Below, piece by piece: positions 1-12,708 of a DNA stretch of 38,683 nt (positions are counted from its first letter, which is position 1; each line of letters starts with the position of its first letter). The notes beneath the pieces are model-generated. The model did not search any database and was not told the origin of the DNA. It saw only the letters and a list, made by a program, of their open reading frames with translations. Position numbers and translations under genes: made by a program. This DNA is from Fonticula alba ATCC 38817. Taxonomy: Eukaryota; Protista; Nucleariida. The stretch lies in the NCBI GenBank assembly GCA_000388065.2, contig KB932205.1, one strand, 5' to 3'.

Positions 1-91
1 GGGGAGGGAGGGAGAAAGATGAAGATGGCAGGTAGTGCCGGGAGGCGGAACACCGCCCGTGAGCGGAAGTTAGAGAGCGCAGGAAACGCAC

Positions 92-3021
92 GCGGCCGAT
101 GCCGGGAAGTCATGCCGGCCAGATGCGCATGCAGCATATCCCGACGCTCCGAGTCACCGAGGACCGTCGTCCCAGCGCAGTGCTGCCGGTACCGGCTATC
201 TCGCAAGAGGCGGGCCAGATCCGGGTGCAGCCCCGGTGTAGTCCCATCGGATTGCTGGGCGGTCGCCTCCGCTCGGGCCAGCAAATCGCGCTCGGAGGTC
301 CACTCGATGTCCTCCCCGCCACGGATGTAGTCCACTAGCAGGGCACGGAAGGTATCCACTGCCAGGCGCCGAGTGGCACTCTCAAGCGAGGCACCCACAG
401 CACGGTCCTGGCGAGCGCGCGAGACCTCCACCGTCCGGGCACGCTTGGCCAGCGCCTGGGCCTCGCTGTGGAACAACCAGACGCACAAACAGCCGGGGGA
501 AAAAAACGCGTCAGTGAAGCCTGGGTGAAGGAAGAACAAGAGGGGGTGGAAGAGGGCGAGATATGGATGGATACATAGGGAGAGGGGGGAAAAAAGAGAG
601 AAGGAAAAAGAGAAAGTGGTTCCACCCAGGACCATGCAGGCAGCTAAAGAACGCACAGGTGCTCGCGCTGCCTGCGCCTCTCCTCGCGCTGGCGTTGCTC
701 CACCGCCTCGGTGGCCGATTCCGCTGCCCGGACTCGCGACGTCGGGTCAGCCATGAATAGGTCGTACAGCCGGGCAGCCGGCGCAGGCGCCCCGCCCGAG
801 ACCAGGGCCGCCTCTTCGGCCGGATCCAAGTCGGCATGCGTATCCAGCAGGCGACCGAAGCGTGCATCCGCCTCCAGGCGCCGACGCGCGCGTGGCCAGG
901 AAATCGGCTCCATCTCGCCACTGGGCGCCGGCTCAAACAAGTGTGCCAGATGCTCATGCAACAGGTCCAGGAAGCCGCCCTCGGCATCGTGGAAACGCTG
1001 CTCGCGCGCGCTCGGCCGCCGGCCGCCCAGACGCAAGAGGGTGTGGCTCGGGTCCCGGGCCGGCCGACTGGAGGAAGTGGGCCGCCCGGCGGCCGAACCA
1101 GCCACGCCCGAGGCGGATCCCCGGCTCGGGGCCATCACCGGCAAGCCCATCTTCCGGCGGGCTTCATTTTGGAAATCCTCAAACAGGCGCTCGGCCACAT
1201 CACGCTCACCGAAGCGCGGGTCGCCAGATGCCCAGCGCGAAAAATCCCGGAAGGAGGTCAACCCGGCCGTGACTCGACCAGCGGCCTCATGCTCCCGGAT
1301 CAGCGCCTGGAATTCCCGTTCCTCATCGAGAGTGGGACCCGGACGAGGGGGGGCCGCCGCGACCGCCGGCGTACCGCCCGACCGGCTGACCTCGCGACAG
1401 TACTGATCGAAGGCCTTCTTCTTCTCCTTCAGCGAAGGGACAGCTGTGCAGCAGTGGGATAGTCGGGGAGGAGGAGGGGGGGGGGGGAGGGGGGACAAAG
1501 GAAAGCGTCATGTGGGCGCCGGCGTCAGAATGGCCACTCGGTGGGCGATCCAGCAGAAGTGGCGACCAGGGGGACAAGCGAAGGAAAGAGGGCACGCACT
1601 GTGATACCGCGGATCGGCCATCAAGTGGGGGATCTCCATGGCCCAATCGGCGAAGGGGGACACCCCCCGATCGCGGAGCATCTCCTTGAAGGCCACATAC
1701 CGATCGGCCGGGTGAGGTGCCCGCGGCCGGCTGACGGGGCCCCCGGGCGCGTGTCCCATGCCAAAGGCGCCGGCCATGGACTGGGGCTGGGCCACCTCGG
1801 CCGCCCCCGGGCCTGATGCTGCCACCGCCGCCGCCTGGGCCGCCTCGGCCTCCTCCCAGTCGTCGCGGAAGTCGGCCTCGGCCTCCAGCTCAGCCAGCAT
1901 GGCTGCCTCATCGAAGTCATCCTCGACAGAGGCATCCTCAAGATCGCCGGCAGCCTGACTCGGGGCATCGGGCTCTTCAATGGGGGAGTCTCGGGCCTCT
2001 TGAACCTCGGCGCCAGTGACGCCAGGCTCCTGGGCCGCAGCAGCTTCTTGGCGGTCGGGGGCATCCTCCGCATCGCCGCCATTGGTGCCAGTAGCTGCGT
2101 CCTTGTCATCGGCGCTGGCCTTGGTCGTGGCATCTGACAGCCCGCCGCTCTTCTCAATATCATACGCGATGACCTGGGGGGGGGGGGGGGGGCGAGTGGG
2201 GCCAAAGGTCAGGACAGATGGCTGTACCACACCCATCCGCATAGGTGGGCAGGGCTGGCGGAGAGGGGGAAATGACACGCACCGCGTCGCGGATCTCGGC
2301 CGGGACACTCCAGTGGGACTGTTTGGTCGGCACATGGAAGAAGTACCGACGCCCATGGCTGGTGTTGACAATGCGCCACTCGGTGCCGCTCAGATTATGC
2401 CTGTGTCATGCGCGCGAGAGGGCGATCGGGGGAGGGGCGCGCGGGACGGCGGCGCGGCGAACAGGGGGAGGAGGGTGGAGCCGGGGCGACACGGTCAGCG
2501 TCCAGGTCATTGTGTGGCGGGAGCCCAACCAAGGAGGGTGGCACGGACTGGGAGATCGGCCTTTCGGGCTTGGAGGTATCGATAGTGGCAGCGGCCCCGG
2601 GAGCGGCGGCCGGCCGGTTGCCAGCACCCGGCCGGGTGCCACCCCCCGGCCGCGGGGTCGCCTCCGCCCTGGGGCGCACGGACACAGGCCCCGCACCCGG
2701 GCCAGGACCATACATGTGCCCGTGGGGCGGGTGCTGCGGGTAGCCGAATTGCGGGTGCGGGTAGCCGAACTGCGGGTGCTGCTGCGGATAGTGCTGCGGA
2801 TAGTGCTGGTAGGGGCCGCCGTAGCCTGGGGCAGCTCCCATCGGCATGAAGTGGCCGGGGTGAGGCTGACCTGCGGCCGGATAGAACGCGCCCCCGGGGG
2901 GGGCATAGTAGCCAGGATACGCCGGGCCGGGGCCTGGCGCCATGCCGTGCTGTGGATGCATCGGTGGGGGAGCCTGGCCTGGCGCGCCGCCAGGTGGCGG
3001 GCGTGGAGGAGGGTGGGACAT
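92..3021 (-). CDS. TCERG1: WW + FF domain transcription elongation/splicing factor, TCERG1 (CA150)-like; 3' end lies beyond window start
   Basis: Phase-consistent exons 3021-2549, 2400-2283, 2173-1600, 1443-657, 465-92 (next donor GTGCGT at 91). Pro/Gly/Tyr/His-rich N-terminus, then KPERPISQ-HNLSGTEWRIVNTSHGRRYFFHVPTKQSHWSVP (WW). RYVAFKEMLRDRGVSPFADWAMEIPHLMADPRYHTVPSLKEKKKAFDQYC closely resembles TCERG1 FF1, and further FF-like repeats follow (EREFQALIRE...FRDF...DPRF; GFLDLLHE...W...ADARF; TFRALLVD...DSRY). Confidence 0.8.
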
Positions 3022-3946
3022 GCGCGCGTGCGTTGAAATCGGCGAAAGGGTGGCGGGAGACAGAGGCAATGGAGATAGGTGAGGGAGAGGAGTAAGAGGA
3101 AGGGCGGAGGGAGGGAGAGAGAGAGAGGGAGGGGGGAAGAAGAGACAGGCCGAGCAAGTCCCGCGGAAGGTGCGTGTCTGACGAAAGGGGGCTGCGCAAA
3201 CCGGCCTAGGGGATCCCAAAAAAGATGCCCGCCCTGCCTCCTGCCCTCCCCTCCTTTCCCACACACACACACACACACATCGGCCTCCGCTCGGGAGAGG
3301 AGTCGAAGGAGTCTTTCCGGGAGCAAGCGGCGATACTTCTGGTGGCCATTAAAAAATGGGCGATTAGACCGACGCGCCCTCTGCGCGGGGGGGGGGGGGG
3401 GCGAGGAGGGGCCTGGCAGGGAGGGAATTGCGCGCGCGGCCCCAGCATCGTTGGCACAACAGGGTGGCGGGAAAGCAACCCCGCCCGTCGAACCGGTATT
3501 CGTTGGCTCCTCAAAGTGCCGCCGAATGGGCCTGGATGCCCGTCCATGTGACAGAGCCAACGCCGCTCCTCGTTACAGTTTCAGCCATAATCCTCGCCCC
3601 CTGTGCATGCGTACGTGCGCACCAAGTACGCACATCCCCGGCGAGTGCCGGCAAGGGCCGGGCACAACCTGGGCCTCTCGGCCCTCCCTTTTTCCGGAGC
3701 CCTAGCGACCGCCCGGAGCCGGCCGCGGCTCTGTGCGCGTTACAAGCCCCCATCAGCCCCCCCCCTCCGCCCTCCCCCACTCCTCCCCCTCCTCACCCCT
3801 TTCCCTCCCCCTCCCCCCCGTCCTGCGCCCCCACCTCGCGCACCGGTCAGCCCTTTGGGTAGAAAGAGCGCCAACACCCATTCACCTCTGAAGAGACCCG
3901 CGCACACACGCACACATACATACATACATACACACGCACACCAACC
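3022..3946. promoter_or_regulatory. Putative bidirectional promoter between TCERG1-like and RPB3
   Basis: The divergent ATGs are 925 bp apart and no recognisable protein is encoded between them. One GCGGGAAA at 3467-3474. Confidence 0.4.
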
Positions 3947-5329
3947 ATGGGAGACTATTACTACTCGCACGGTGCCGACCCGTCGATGATGGGCGCAGTT
4001 GGTGGCATGTACGGCGCGACCATGGCCGGGGCCCACGGCGGCATGATGCATCCCGCCATGCCCGTGGCCGCCAACATCGAGCACCCGCCTCTTCCGCCTG
4101 GCGCTAAGCTCCCGTCCATCAAGATCGTGGACTTGGATCGGGACTCCATCTCCTTCGTGGTTACCGACTGCGACCTGAGGTGCGCCCCGGGTCTCCCTGC
4201 GCCCACTGTCTCCCCTGTCCCATCCAACCTCTTCGCTCCCCGCCCCTCTTTCTTCGCACACCCCCCCTCCCCCCTCCCCCTCCTCTCCTGCCCCCTCCCC
4301 TCACACGCAGCCGCAACAAACACGACAAACAGCCTCGCCAATGCCATGCGACGCATCCTTCTCAGTGAGATCCCCACCATCGCCATTGAGCACGTCTTCA
4401 TCAAGGAAAACACCTCGACGCTGGTGGATGAGTTCGTTGCGCACCGGCTTGGTCTCTTGCCCATCCGGGCGCCGCTGGCCATGATCGAGCAGTTCCAATT
4501 TTCCTGGGACTGCCCATGTGACACGAGCTACTGCCAGAACTGCGCGGTGGTCTTCCAGCTGGACATGAAGCACGACGGGACCAATGGCAATGTCCGGAAC
4601 TTCAAGATCTCCCCCCTGGATGGCACGGCCACCAATGACCTGCTGGTCACCTCGGCCGACCTGCACCTGGCGGTGCCGACCGATCGAGTGCTGGCCCTGA
4701 GCTCCGGGTCGCGGAGCTTCGCCGAAGACCGCCAGGCGGACGCCTCGGCCGCGGTGCTGAGCTCGGGCGGTGCGCCGGCCGCCGTGGCCGCGGCCGCCGA
4801 TGCCGCAGCCGCCCTCGATACCAAGGGCATCTCGGAGTTCAGCCGGGCCCGGCCACTCATCGGGGATGTGATCATCTGCCGGCTGGGCGCGCATCAGGCG
4901 CTGAATGTCATCTGCCATGCGCGCAAGGGCATCGCCAAGCAGCATGCCAAGTGGTCGCCGGTCACGGCGGTGGCCTTCGGCTATGACCCGAACAACCTCC
5001 TCCGGCATACGACCCTCTGGTATGAGCGTGACCCGGTGGCCGAGTGGCCGCGGACCGAGGTGCACGCGGCGGCTCGCGCGGCCGCCGGCGAGGCCGATCT
5101 GGACCCGGGGCTGGTGGCGGCCGGCGCTGCCGGCGCGGCGGCCGGCCCCGGCGCCGCGGGCCAGCACTCGTACGACCCCAATGCCGAGCCGGACACCTTC
5201 TACTTCCGGGTAGAGTCTTCCGGTGTCATGCGTCCGGAGGAGATCGTCCAGTCGATGATCCGCGTGCTGCGCAAGAAGCTGCAGGTGGTCCATGATGAGA
5301 CCCTTCCGATTGCCAACGCCAGCGCCTGA
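3947..5329 (+). CDS. POLR2C: RNA polymerase II subunit RPB3 (409 aa spliced)
   Basis: Exons 3947-4179 and 4333-5329 (GTGCGC...CAG). Motifs [32 protein letters not shown], Zn motif [46 protein letters not shown]. Confidence 0.97.
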   Translation: MGDYYYSHGADPSMMGAVGGMYGATMAGAHGGMMHPAMPVAANIEHPPLPPGAKLPSIKIVDLDRDSISFVVTDCDLRCAPGLPAPTVSPVPSNLFAPRPSFFAHPPSPLPLLSCPLPSHAAATNTTNSLANAMRRILLSEIPTIAIEHVFIKENTSTLVDEFVAHRLGLLPIRAPLAMIEQFQFSWDCPCDTSYCQNCAVVFQLDMKHDGTNGNVRNFKISPLDGTATNDLLVTSADLHLAVPTDRVLALSSGSRSFAEDRQADASAAVLSSGGAPAAVAAAADAAAALDTKGISEFSRARPLIGDVIICRLGAHQALNVICHARKGIAKQHAKWSPVTAVAFGYDPNNLLRHTTLWYERDPVAEWPRTEVHAAARAAAGEADLDPGLVAAGAAGAAAGPGAAGQHSYDPNAEPDTFYFRVESSGVMRPEEIVQSMIRVLRKKLQVVHDETLPIANASA

Positions 5330-6892
5330 GTGAAGCAGACGGGCGAGACGACGCACGACCGCCGGTGCACACGAACACATACACACACACACACACATTG
5401 CACACATTGCGCACCCTCCGGTCACCTTCTCTCCTCCCTGGGAAGCCTGCCCACAAGTGCCCGCCTCTCCCTGGCACGGGGGCATACAACATGCTTGGAC
5501 ACCCACCGCGGAATTAGACATGCACATATCTCCGAGTTTGAGGCGAGGGGCGGTGGCGGAGTGAGAGGGGGATCTGTGTGTGGCGGTGCGCGGCTGCCAC
5601 CTCCGCGGTGATGCTAAATGGTGGCGTTCGAGTCCATGGAGGGCGGGGGCACGGGGGGGGGGGCGGGGGCGGCGGCCAGGGACGAGTCCACAGGCGAGGG
5701 GCTGTGGCCCCACAAACCAAGGAGGCGAGGCACCAAGGCGGATGTCTCCATCCGGCGGGACCGAGAGGCATGCGCCACGGGCCAACGCCCGAGGGGGCGA
5801 CGGCCGGCGGACGGCCGTGAAAAGGGGCACGAAATCGCCATATTAACTCAGAACACCCTATCTCCATTTCCCCGGTGTTCTGAAGGTTGCAGCTGAGGCT
5901 GGACATCACGCAGACGGGCCAGACATTTGCTGGTTGGCTCGCGCGCTCCACTGCCCCAAGGTCGGCCCCGCGTTCTCCCCGAGACGGGCGGGCGGGCAGG
6001 AGGGGGCGGGCGGGATGCCCGCCAGGTGCTCACCCAAATTGTTCTCCAAACCCCTTCTCGTGCGGGCCGTGTCGATGCCGTGCCCTGTGTGCGTTCCACA
6101 CGCATCCTGCGCGCCCCGCCCGTTGGTTCCCCCTGCCTCACGCGGCGTTTCACCAGCCACACTGTGCGCGGCTGGCCCCGAGCGGCCCGCGCGCGCGCGC
6201 AAGCGTAGGCAGGAGGAAAGAACCAAGTTGCGCGATGGGCTCCGCCCTTCCTCCGGTCCTCCTGCCGCCTTCGCCCTGGGGAGGGGCAGACAGGCAGAGA
6301 GGCGCAGAGGACACCCCGGGGAAATACACACACAAACAAGGCCGAGAGAAGAGAGGATGCCCCCTTCTCCTCCTCCTTTCCCCCTCCCCCCACCGGGCTG
6401 TCACTGGTGTTGCGGCATTCACAAGGAAAAAGCACACACCGCGCACACACGACACGCGGGTCCGTGGAGAAGACATGCTGCTCCTGCTCTCCTCTCTGCC
6501 GCCGCGGGGAGGAGGAGAGGGAGGCAGGACACGCGCGCGCGACCCCCCCACCCCACCCCCGGCACGCATGCCGGACCAAGCAAGACGACGCCTGCACACG
6601 CGCGCTTCGAAGGGAGACTATATTGGATGCGCCGGTTTATAATGTTGGCGAGAACATGAAATTGTGAATATGATAAACGCCACAGCACACTACTGACACG
6701 CGCGCACTCCCGCGCACACACGCTCAGAGGCAGTCGGCCGCATGCGAGAGGCGACGGACGGCCCTGGCAGCAAGGAGGAGGGAGGGGGACAGTGGCGGCA
6801 GAACGAGGGCGGTGACAGCAAAGCCACCGGCCACGGAGGCGCGACCATGTGCGAATCCAAGGCTATCCAAGGGCAGAGGCAACTTGGAGCGC

Positions 6893-7467
6893 TTAGTCGA
6901 AGAGACCGAAGCCCATATCCTGTTGTATCGCACGGCGACGCGGGGAGGGTGAGAGAGAGAGGGAGAGGGAGAAAGGAGCCAGGGAGGGGGAGCAGGCAGG
7001 GGAGAGGGCGGCAAAAGAGGGGGATCAAGAGAGGGAGGGGGACGGGGGGTCAGCACGCGGGAGGGGAGAGGGAGAAGGAGGCGGCGGCGTTGCAAGCATG
7101 GCAGAGGCGCATGCATGTGCGGCGACGCGCGGAGGAAAAGAGCGGGGCTGGCTGCTATGCGCAGGCGTACCTCATCGGACTCGTCGGACTCCTCCTTCTT
7201 CTCCTCCTTCTTCTCGGCGGCGGCGGCGGGGGCGGCAGCGGAACCGGAAGAAGCGACAGCAGCGCCACCGGTGGGGACGGAAGCGAGCTTGGAGGAGCCC
7301 TCGGCGATGACGGCGTTGATGTCCTTGCCGGAAAGCTCGGCAATGACCTTCTCAACGACGGCGGCCTCGGCCTCAGCACCAACGGAGGCGAGGACCTTGT
7401 TGATGGTGTCGGCGGTGGGGGTCTCACCAGAGAGGGCAGCAAGGAGATAAGCGGCAATGACCTTCAT
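6893..7467 (-). CDS. RPLP2: 60S acidic ribosomal protein P2 (107 aa)
   Basis: Exons 7467-7171 and 6919-6893. [14 protein letters not shown]...VLASVGAE...ELSGKDI...IAEG, Ala-rich hinge, and the canonical C-terminus [16 protein letters not shown]. Confidence 0.97.
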
Positions 7468-7639
7468 CTGTGTGCGCGGCACGGACACACGGGCGCAGAC
7501 GCGTGGGCGAGGAGGGGGGAGGGGGCACAACAGGGGGGGGAGGAGATTGCGTTAGGGGGGAGAGGAAAATCGGATGCACCGTGCATCGGCCATGTGCCCG
7601 AGGGAGGCGTGGTCGCAGCAGTGCGCGCGCGCGCGAGCG

Positions 7640-7684
<45 letters not shown>

Positions 7685-7706
7685 TAGGGGAGGAGGGGGG
7701 ACGCAC
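7468..7706 (-). other. Predicted 5'-UTR intron of RPLP2 ending immediately before the ATG
   Basis: Donor GTGCGT at 7706 and acceptor CACACAG|ATG at 7468. Splicing gives the context CAACCACA-ATG. Confidence 0.65.
7643..7679 (+). repeat. (GA)n microsatellite preceded by (CG)n, in the RPLP2 5'-UTR intron
   Basis: Direct reading of the sequence. Confidence 0.9.
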
Positions 7707-9911
7707 TGTGGTTGTATGTACGTTACGGATAGATCGCTAATGCGAATTTAAACGACAAGCGTACAAAAACGATCTGCTTATTGGAAAAAATAAGCAAAAT
7801 CCTGGGGACGCTGGCCTGGGAGGCGGCGGCCGGGCGCCCCCGGAAAAACCTCCCACCGAGAGGGCCACACACCCAGGGCCGGCACGGGGGGCAGGGGGGG
7901 GGGGGGACACACACGCACCACTCCCTCCTCCGAGACCCGGGTCGTCCTCTGTGGCCGGCTGGCGCGCTGGGGGAAGCCAGAGGACACGCACGTTCCCGCC
8001 CCCGCCCCCGCCCCTGGGCAGGATGCCTGGCCCCGAAAACACCACGCAGTAGGCCCAGCCCCGCATTGCCCCGGGATCGCCCAACTGCCAGGGGACGCAG
8101 GCCAGGCAACCGCCGCGTCCGTCCCCGCACCGGGCGCGGCCACCCCCCTCCCCCGACGGAGGTCGGTCGACTGGTCAGCCGAGCCGCCGGGAGGGGGGAG
8201 GAAACGGGCCACGACCCACGCCCTCTGATGTTGCCCGCGGCGGGCATTCGACATTTCCCCGTCCAGGTGGAAGGGAGCATGATTATGTGTGCCCTATGCC
8301 CCTCCTTGCGTCGGCCAACGTTAGTGCCCACTGGTGGGCGGTGGAAAGCGTCCCGGAACTAGCCATCCTGGCCTTGCGCGTGCATATGCGCGCATACTCG
8401 CACTGGACGAGGGATATATAGCTTGGAATATAAAGTCCCAGCATAAGATGGTGCTTTGTCGAGGAACGGCACACACGCGTGAGGAAGTCCCCCCCCCCCC
8501 CCCCCCCCCACCAGGTTTGATCTGGAGTGGTGGTCTTGCCTGCCGCTGTATGCCTCCATCTGGTGGGAGGGGGGTGAGCAGCAGGGCCGCCCCACCAGCC
8601 CAGAGGCCTCTTCTCCCTCGTACGCCGGTGTCCCCCCCCTCCTTCCGCCCGTTCGCGAGCCTCCGCCAGGCCCAGGGTTTCCCATTGCGCCAGGCGGTGG
8701 CATGTCGGACCGTCGCGACCATTGGCACAAAGCCCTCACGCGACGAATTTCGCGTGCACGACGCCAGATGTCGGGAATCACGCGACATAGGGTATAGTCG
8801 CACGCCCGTTCGGCACCCTACTTCGTGTTCGCGGGGTGTGGATTTCAGTATGTATGCCTGGTGGTTCGGCCGCTCAGGGGCACTTCTGGAAAATGGCACA
8901 GTCACACCCATCCAACCGCCACTCGGCGGGGAAGTTGTGCGAGTGGGCCGTTTTTTTGTCCCCCTATCGCCATCCCCGGCTCGCCAGCATAAAACCCATG
9001 CCCAGGGTTTATCATCTCCCTCGGGTCTCCCTCCCAGGCGCGCTAGGGCCCCAAAGTCCATGGAGACCTAATTCCCTGAGGCGGAGGTTGTCGAGGGCTG
9101 GGCCCGGCGTGGGGGGGCGGGGCGATTAGGCCCTGCCTGGTGCTTCGCGAGTTGCATGGGCGTCTCCTTCCCAGCCCCGACGGGGTTTCCCTGAATGCGT
9201 GGGCCCCCGGGCGGCGTGGCGTGGCTCTGTGAGGCGGTCTTGTCGCCGGCGCGCCGGCCCGCCGGCCCGCACCTCGTGCGGCGCCCAGCTCAGGGGACGC
9301 ACCCTGCCCTTGGGGCTGCCTTCTGAAGGCTGCGCGTGGCCTCTCGCGTCGCGCCAAGGACCAGGGTCGCTCGCCGCCCCTTGTGGCCGGGCGGACTGGC
9401 CGGAGGGGGGGGGGGGAGGAGACATTGGTGGTTCGTGCCCCACATCCGGGGGAGGACGGCACGGAGGGGGGGGGGGGGGGGACACCGGGCTCTGTGGAAG
9501 CCGGGCACACGCGGCTCTGCCCGCTTTCATCCAACCAGGGAAGGGTGTTTTTGTCCCGCGAGGGGGGGGGGGGCGGCGGCCTCGTGTGGCCAGTCCCGGC
9601 GCACAGCCCTTGTTGGGCGACGAGGGGGGGGGGGGGCGATGATGGGGTGGTCCCCCTTCGTTGCCGATGTAGCCCGGCCCAGGGGGCCTCTCGGCGCCCT
9701 GCCCCCCCCCNNNNNNNNNNNNNNNNNNNNNNNNNNNNNNNNNNNNNNNNNNNNNNNNNNNNNNNNNNNNNNNNNNNNNNNNNNNNNNNNNNNNNNNNNN
9801 NNNNNNNNNNCCCCCCCCGCCACCCCCCGTCCTCTCGCGCGGTGGGCCGGGCCCTCAGCGTGTGCTTTCTCTCCGCCGCGCGGGAGGGTGCCCGAGAGAG
9901 GATGAGGAAGT

Positions 9912-10001
9912 GTATGAGAGGAAGAGACCTGGGCCACCTCCGGCGGAGAGTTTTCTCTCTCGTGCTGAAGGATTTTCCGTTTTTCTTAACTTCTTCTCCA
10001 G
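9912..10001 (+). other. Predicted 5'-UTR intron of RPS28 (acceptor strong, donor tentative)
   Basis: A pyrimidine tract with CTTAAC branch and CTCCAG ends at 10001, 12 nt before the ATG. Candidate donor GTATGA at 9912. Confidence 0.45.
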
Positions 10002-10013
10002 CCAATCGTCAAC

Positions 10014-10876
<863 letters not shown>

Positions 10877-12081
10877 ATGGCCATTGGCGCCTGTGTATTG
10901 GTGCGTGGGCTTTTTACATGCTTCCCGTATCTCTCCTGTCCTGTGCTTCCCTTTCGCGCGTTCGTCGCGCGCGCGTGTGCCCCCCCTCAAGCCACCAGCG
11001 CTCGTTCTCCCCGCATCTCTCTTTCTCTCTCTCTCTCTCTCCTAGTTGCCCGCGTGCCACCTCTTTCGTATTGCCATCTCGGCTCCTCTCCCCCTTTCTT
11101 CGCGTTTTGTGGTGCTCTCGATCCCCATGCTGACTATCTGCTTTCCTCCTTCTTTCCTCCCCTTCTCTCTCTCTCTCTCTCTCGCGCGGCCTGGCTTCCC
11201 TCCCTCCTCCTTCCTGCAGCAGATAATCCCCCTCCCCCTCCATCTTCAATACACCCCCCCTCTTGGTCCAATAGCCACAGGGGATGATATGACTCTTCCC
11301 CCTCTCCCTCTCGTTGTGTTTCCTTTTTTCCTTTCTCCCTCTTCCCTGCGTGTCGTCCTGTGCGCATGGTGCAGCCTATCTCTCTCTCTCTCCCTCCACA
11401 TACCAAGATGGGACAGAGAGAGGGGAATGCCCGCCAGGGTATATGTGGTGGTGGTTGGGTGTGGTTTGGGGGACCCATAAGTTCTCTCTCCCTCCGGGTA
11501 TATTTGTGCACATCCAGTTGCTCGGGCACAGCCTCTCGGCGTGTCTTCCCCTCTCCATGTGTCCCTCCGCCTGTCCCTCCGCTTGTCCCTCCTTTTTCTT
11601 CATCTGTGGCATCCAGGCGAGGGGCACATTCTGAGGTGCGCCGGGTGTCTGGGGCTGGCAGCATGTGTGTGTGTGTGGGAGGGGGGCGGNNNNNNNNNNN
11701 NNNNNNNNNNNNNNNNNNNNNNNNNNNNNNNNNNNNNNNNNNNNNNNNNNNNNNNNNNNNNNNNNNNNNNNNNNNNNNNNNNNNNNNNNNNNNNNNNNNN
11801 NNNNNNNNNNNNNNNNNNNNNNNNNNNNNNNNNNNNNNNNNNNNNNNNNNNNNNNNNNNNNNNNNNNNNNNNNNNNNNNNNNNNNNNNNNNNNNNNNNNN
11901 NNNNNNNNNNNNNNNNNNNNNNNNNNNNNNNNNNNNNNNNNNNNNNNNNNNNNNNNNNNNNNNNNNNNGCGCGTGTGCCTGTATGTGCGCATGTGCTGCC
12001 TCCCCCCCTCGCTCCAGCCCAGTCGACTTGAGGGGGAGGGGGGGAGCGTGGTGCAGAGGAGCTCCCACACATGCGTCATAA

Positions 12082-12676
12082 TTAATCGGAGTAATCATCA
12101 TCAGACGACGAGCTGCCCGAGGAGGCGGACCCCGAGTCGGATCCACTCTCCGAGGGAACGAAGTCCGTGTCCTCCTCGCTGTCATCGTCCGGGCCGCCAT
12201 CGGCCATGTCGGGGCCAGTGCGCTGGCGCTTGATCGGGCCGCGCTCCTCGTCATAGTCCGATCCGTCATCCAGACCGGCCTCCGAGGGGACGAGCACGCG
12301 GTTGTTCTCCAGGAAGGTGCAGAACGGACGGAGTATTCCGCTGTGCAGGATCGAGGGAAAGTCAGGGCGGGTGTGTGACAGTCAGCGGGGGGGGGGGGGG
12401 AGTGGGGCAAGAGCAGCAGAGGGGAGATGGGCAGGTCCGGGGGCTATGAGGAGTACGCACGCAGGGAGCTGGCGGAAATCGTGCGATGCGTCACTGCGCA
12501 TGGTGAACTGCACATCGAAGGTTCCCTCATTGGAGTAGCCAGCCTGGCGCTTGGTGATACTGAGCGATGGGAGACACGGCGCGAGCCAAAGGAAGTCAGC
12601 ATCCGGCATGCGCATGTGCGGAGAGAAGGAAGAACAAATGCCAGGTCGCTGCCGGTGGGGGGGATCCATGATTGAC

Positions 12677-12708
<32 letters not shown>

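Noticed and set aside
5554-5634. Pol III A-box-like TGGCGGAGTGA and B-box-like GTTCGAGTC
   Set aside because: The T-arm stem does not pair, no cloverleaf forms, and there is no nearby T4 terminator. It cannot be supported as a tRNA or SINE.
5848-5883. Perfect 10-bp inverted repeat TCAGAACACC / GGTGTTCTGA
   Set aside because: About one such hairpin is expected by chance in 38 kb, and there are no target-site duplications or other support.
9982-10001. TTCTTAAC 11 nt before AG, a U12-like branch site
   Set aside because: No RTATCCTT donor is visible upstream (the gap at 9711-9810 is unseen), and an ordinary U2 branch plus pyrimidine tract explains it.
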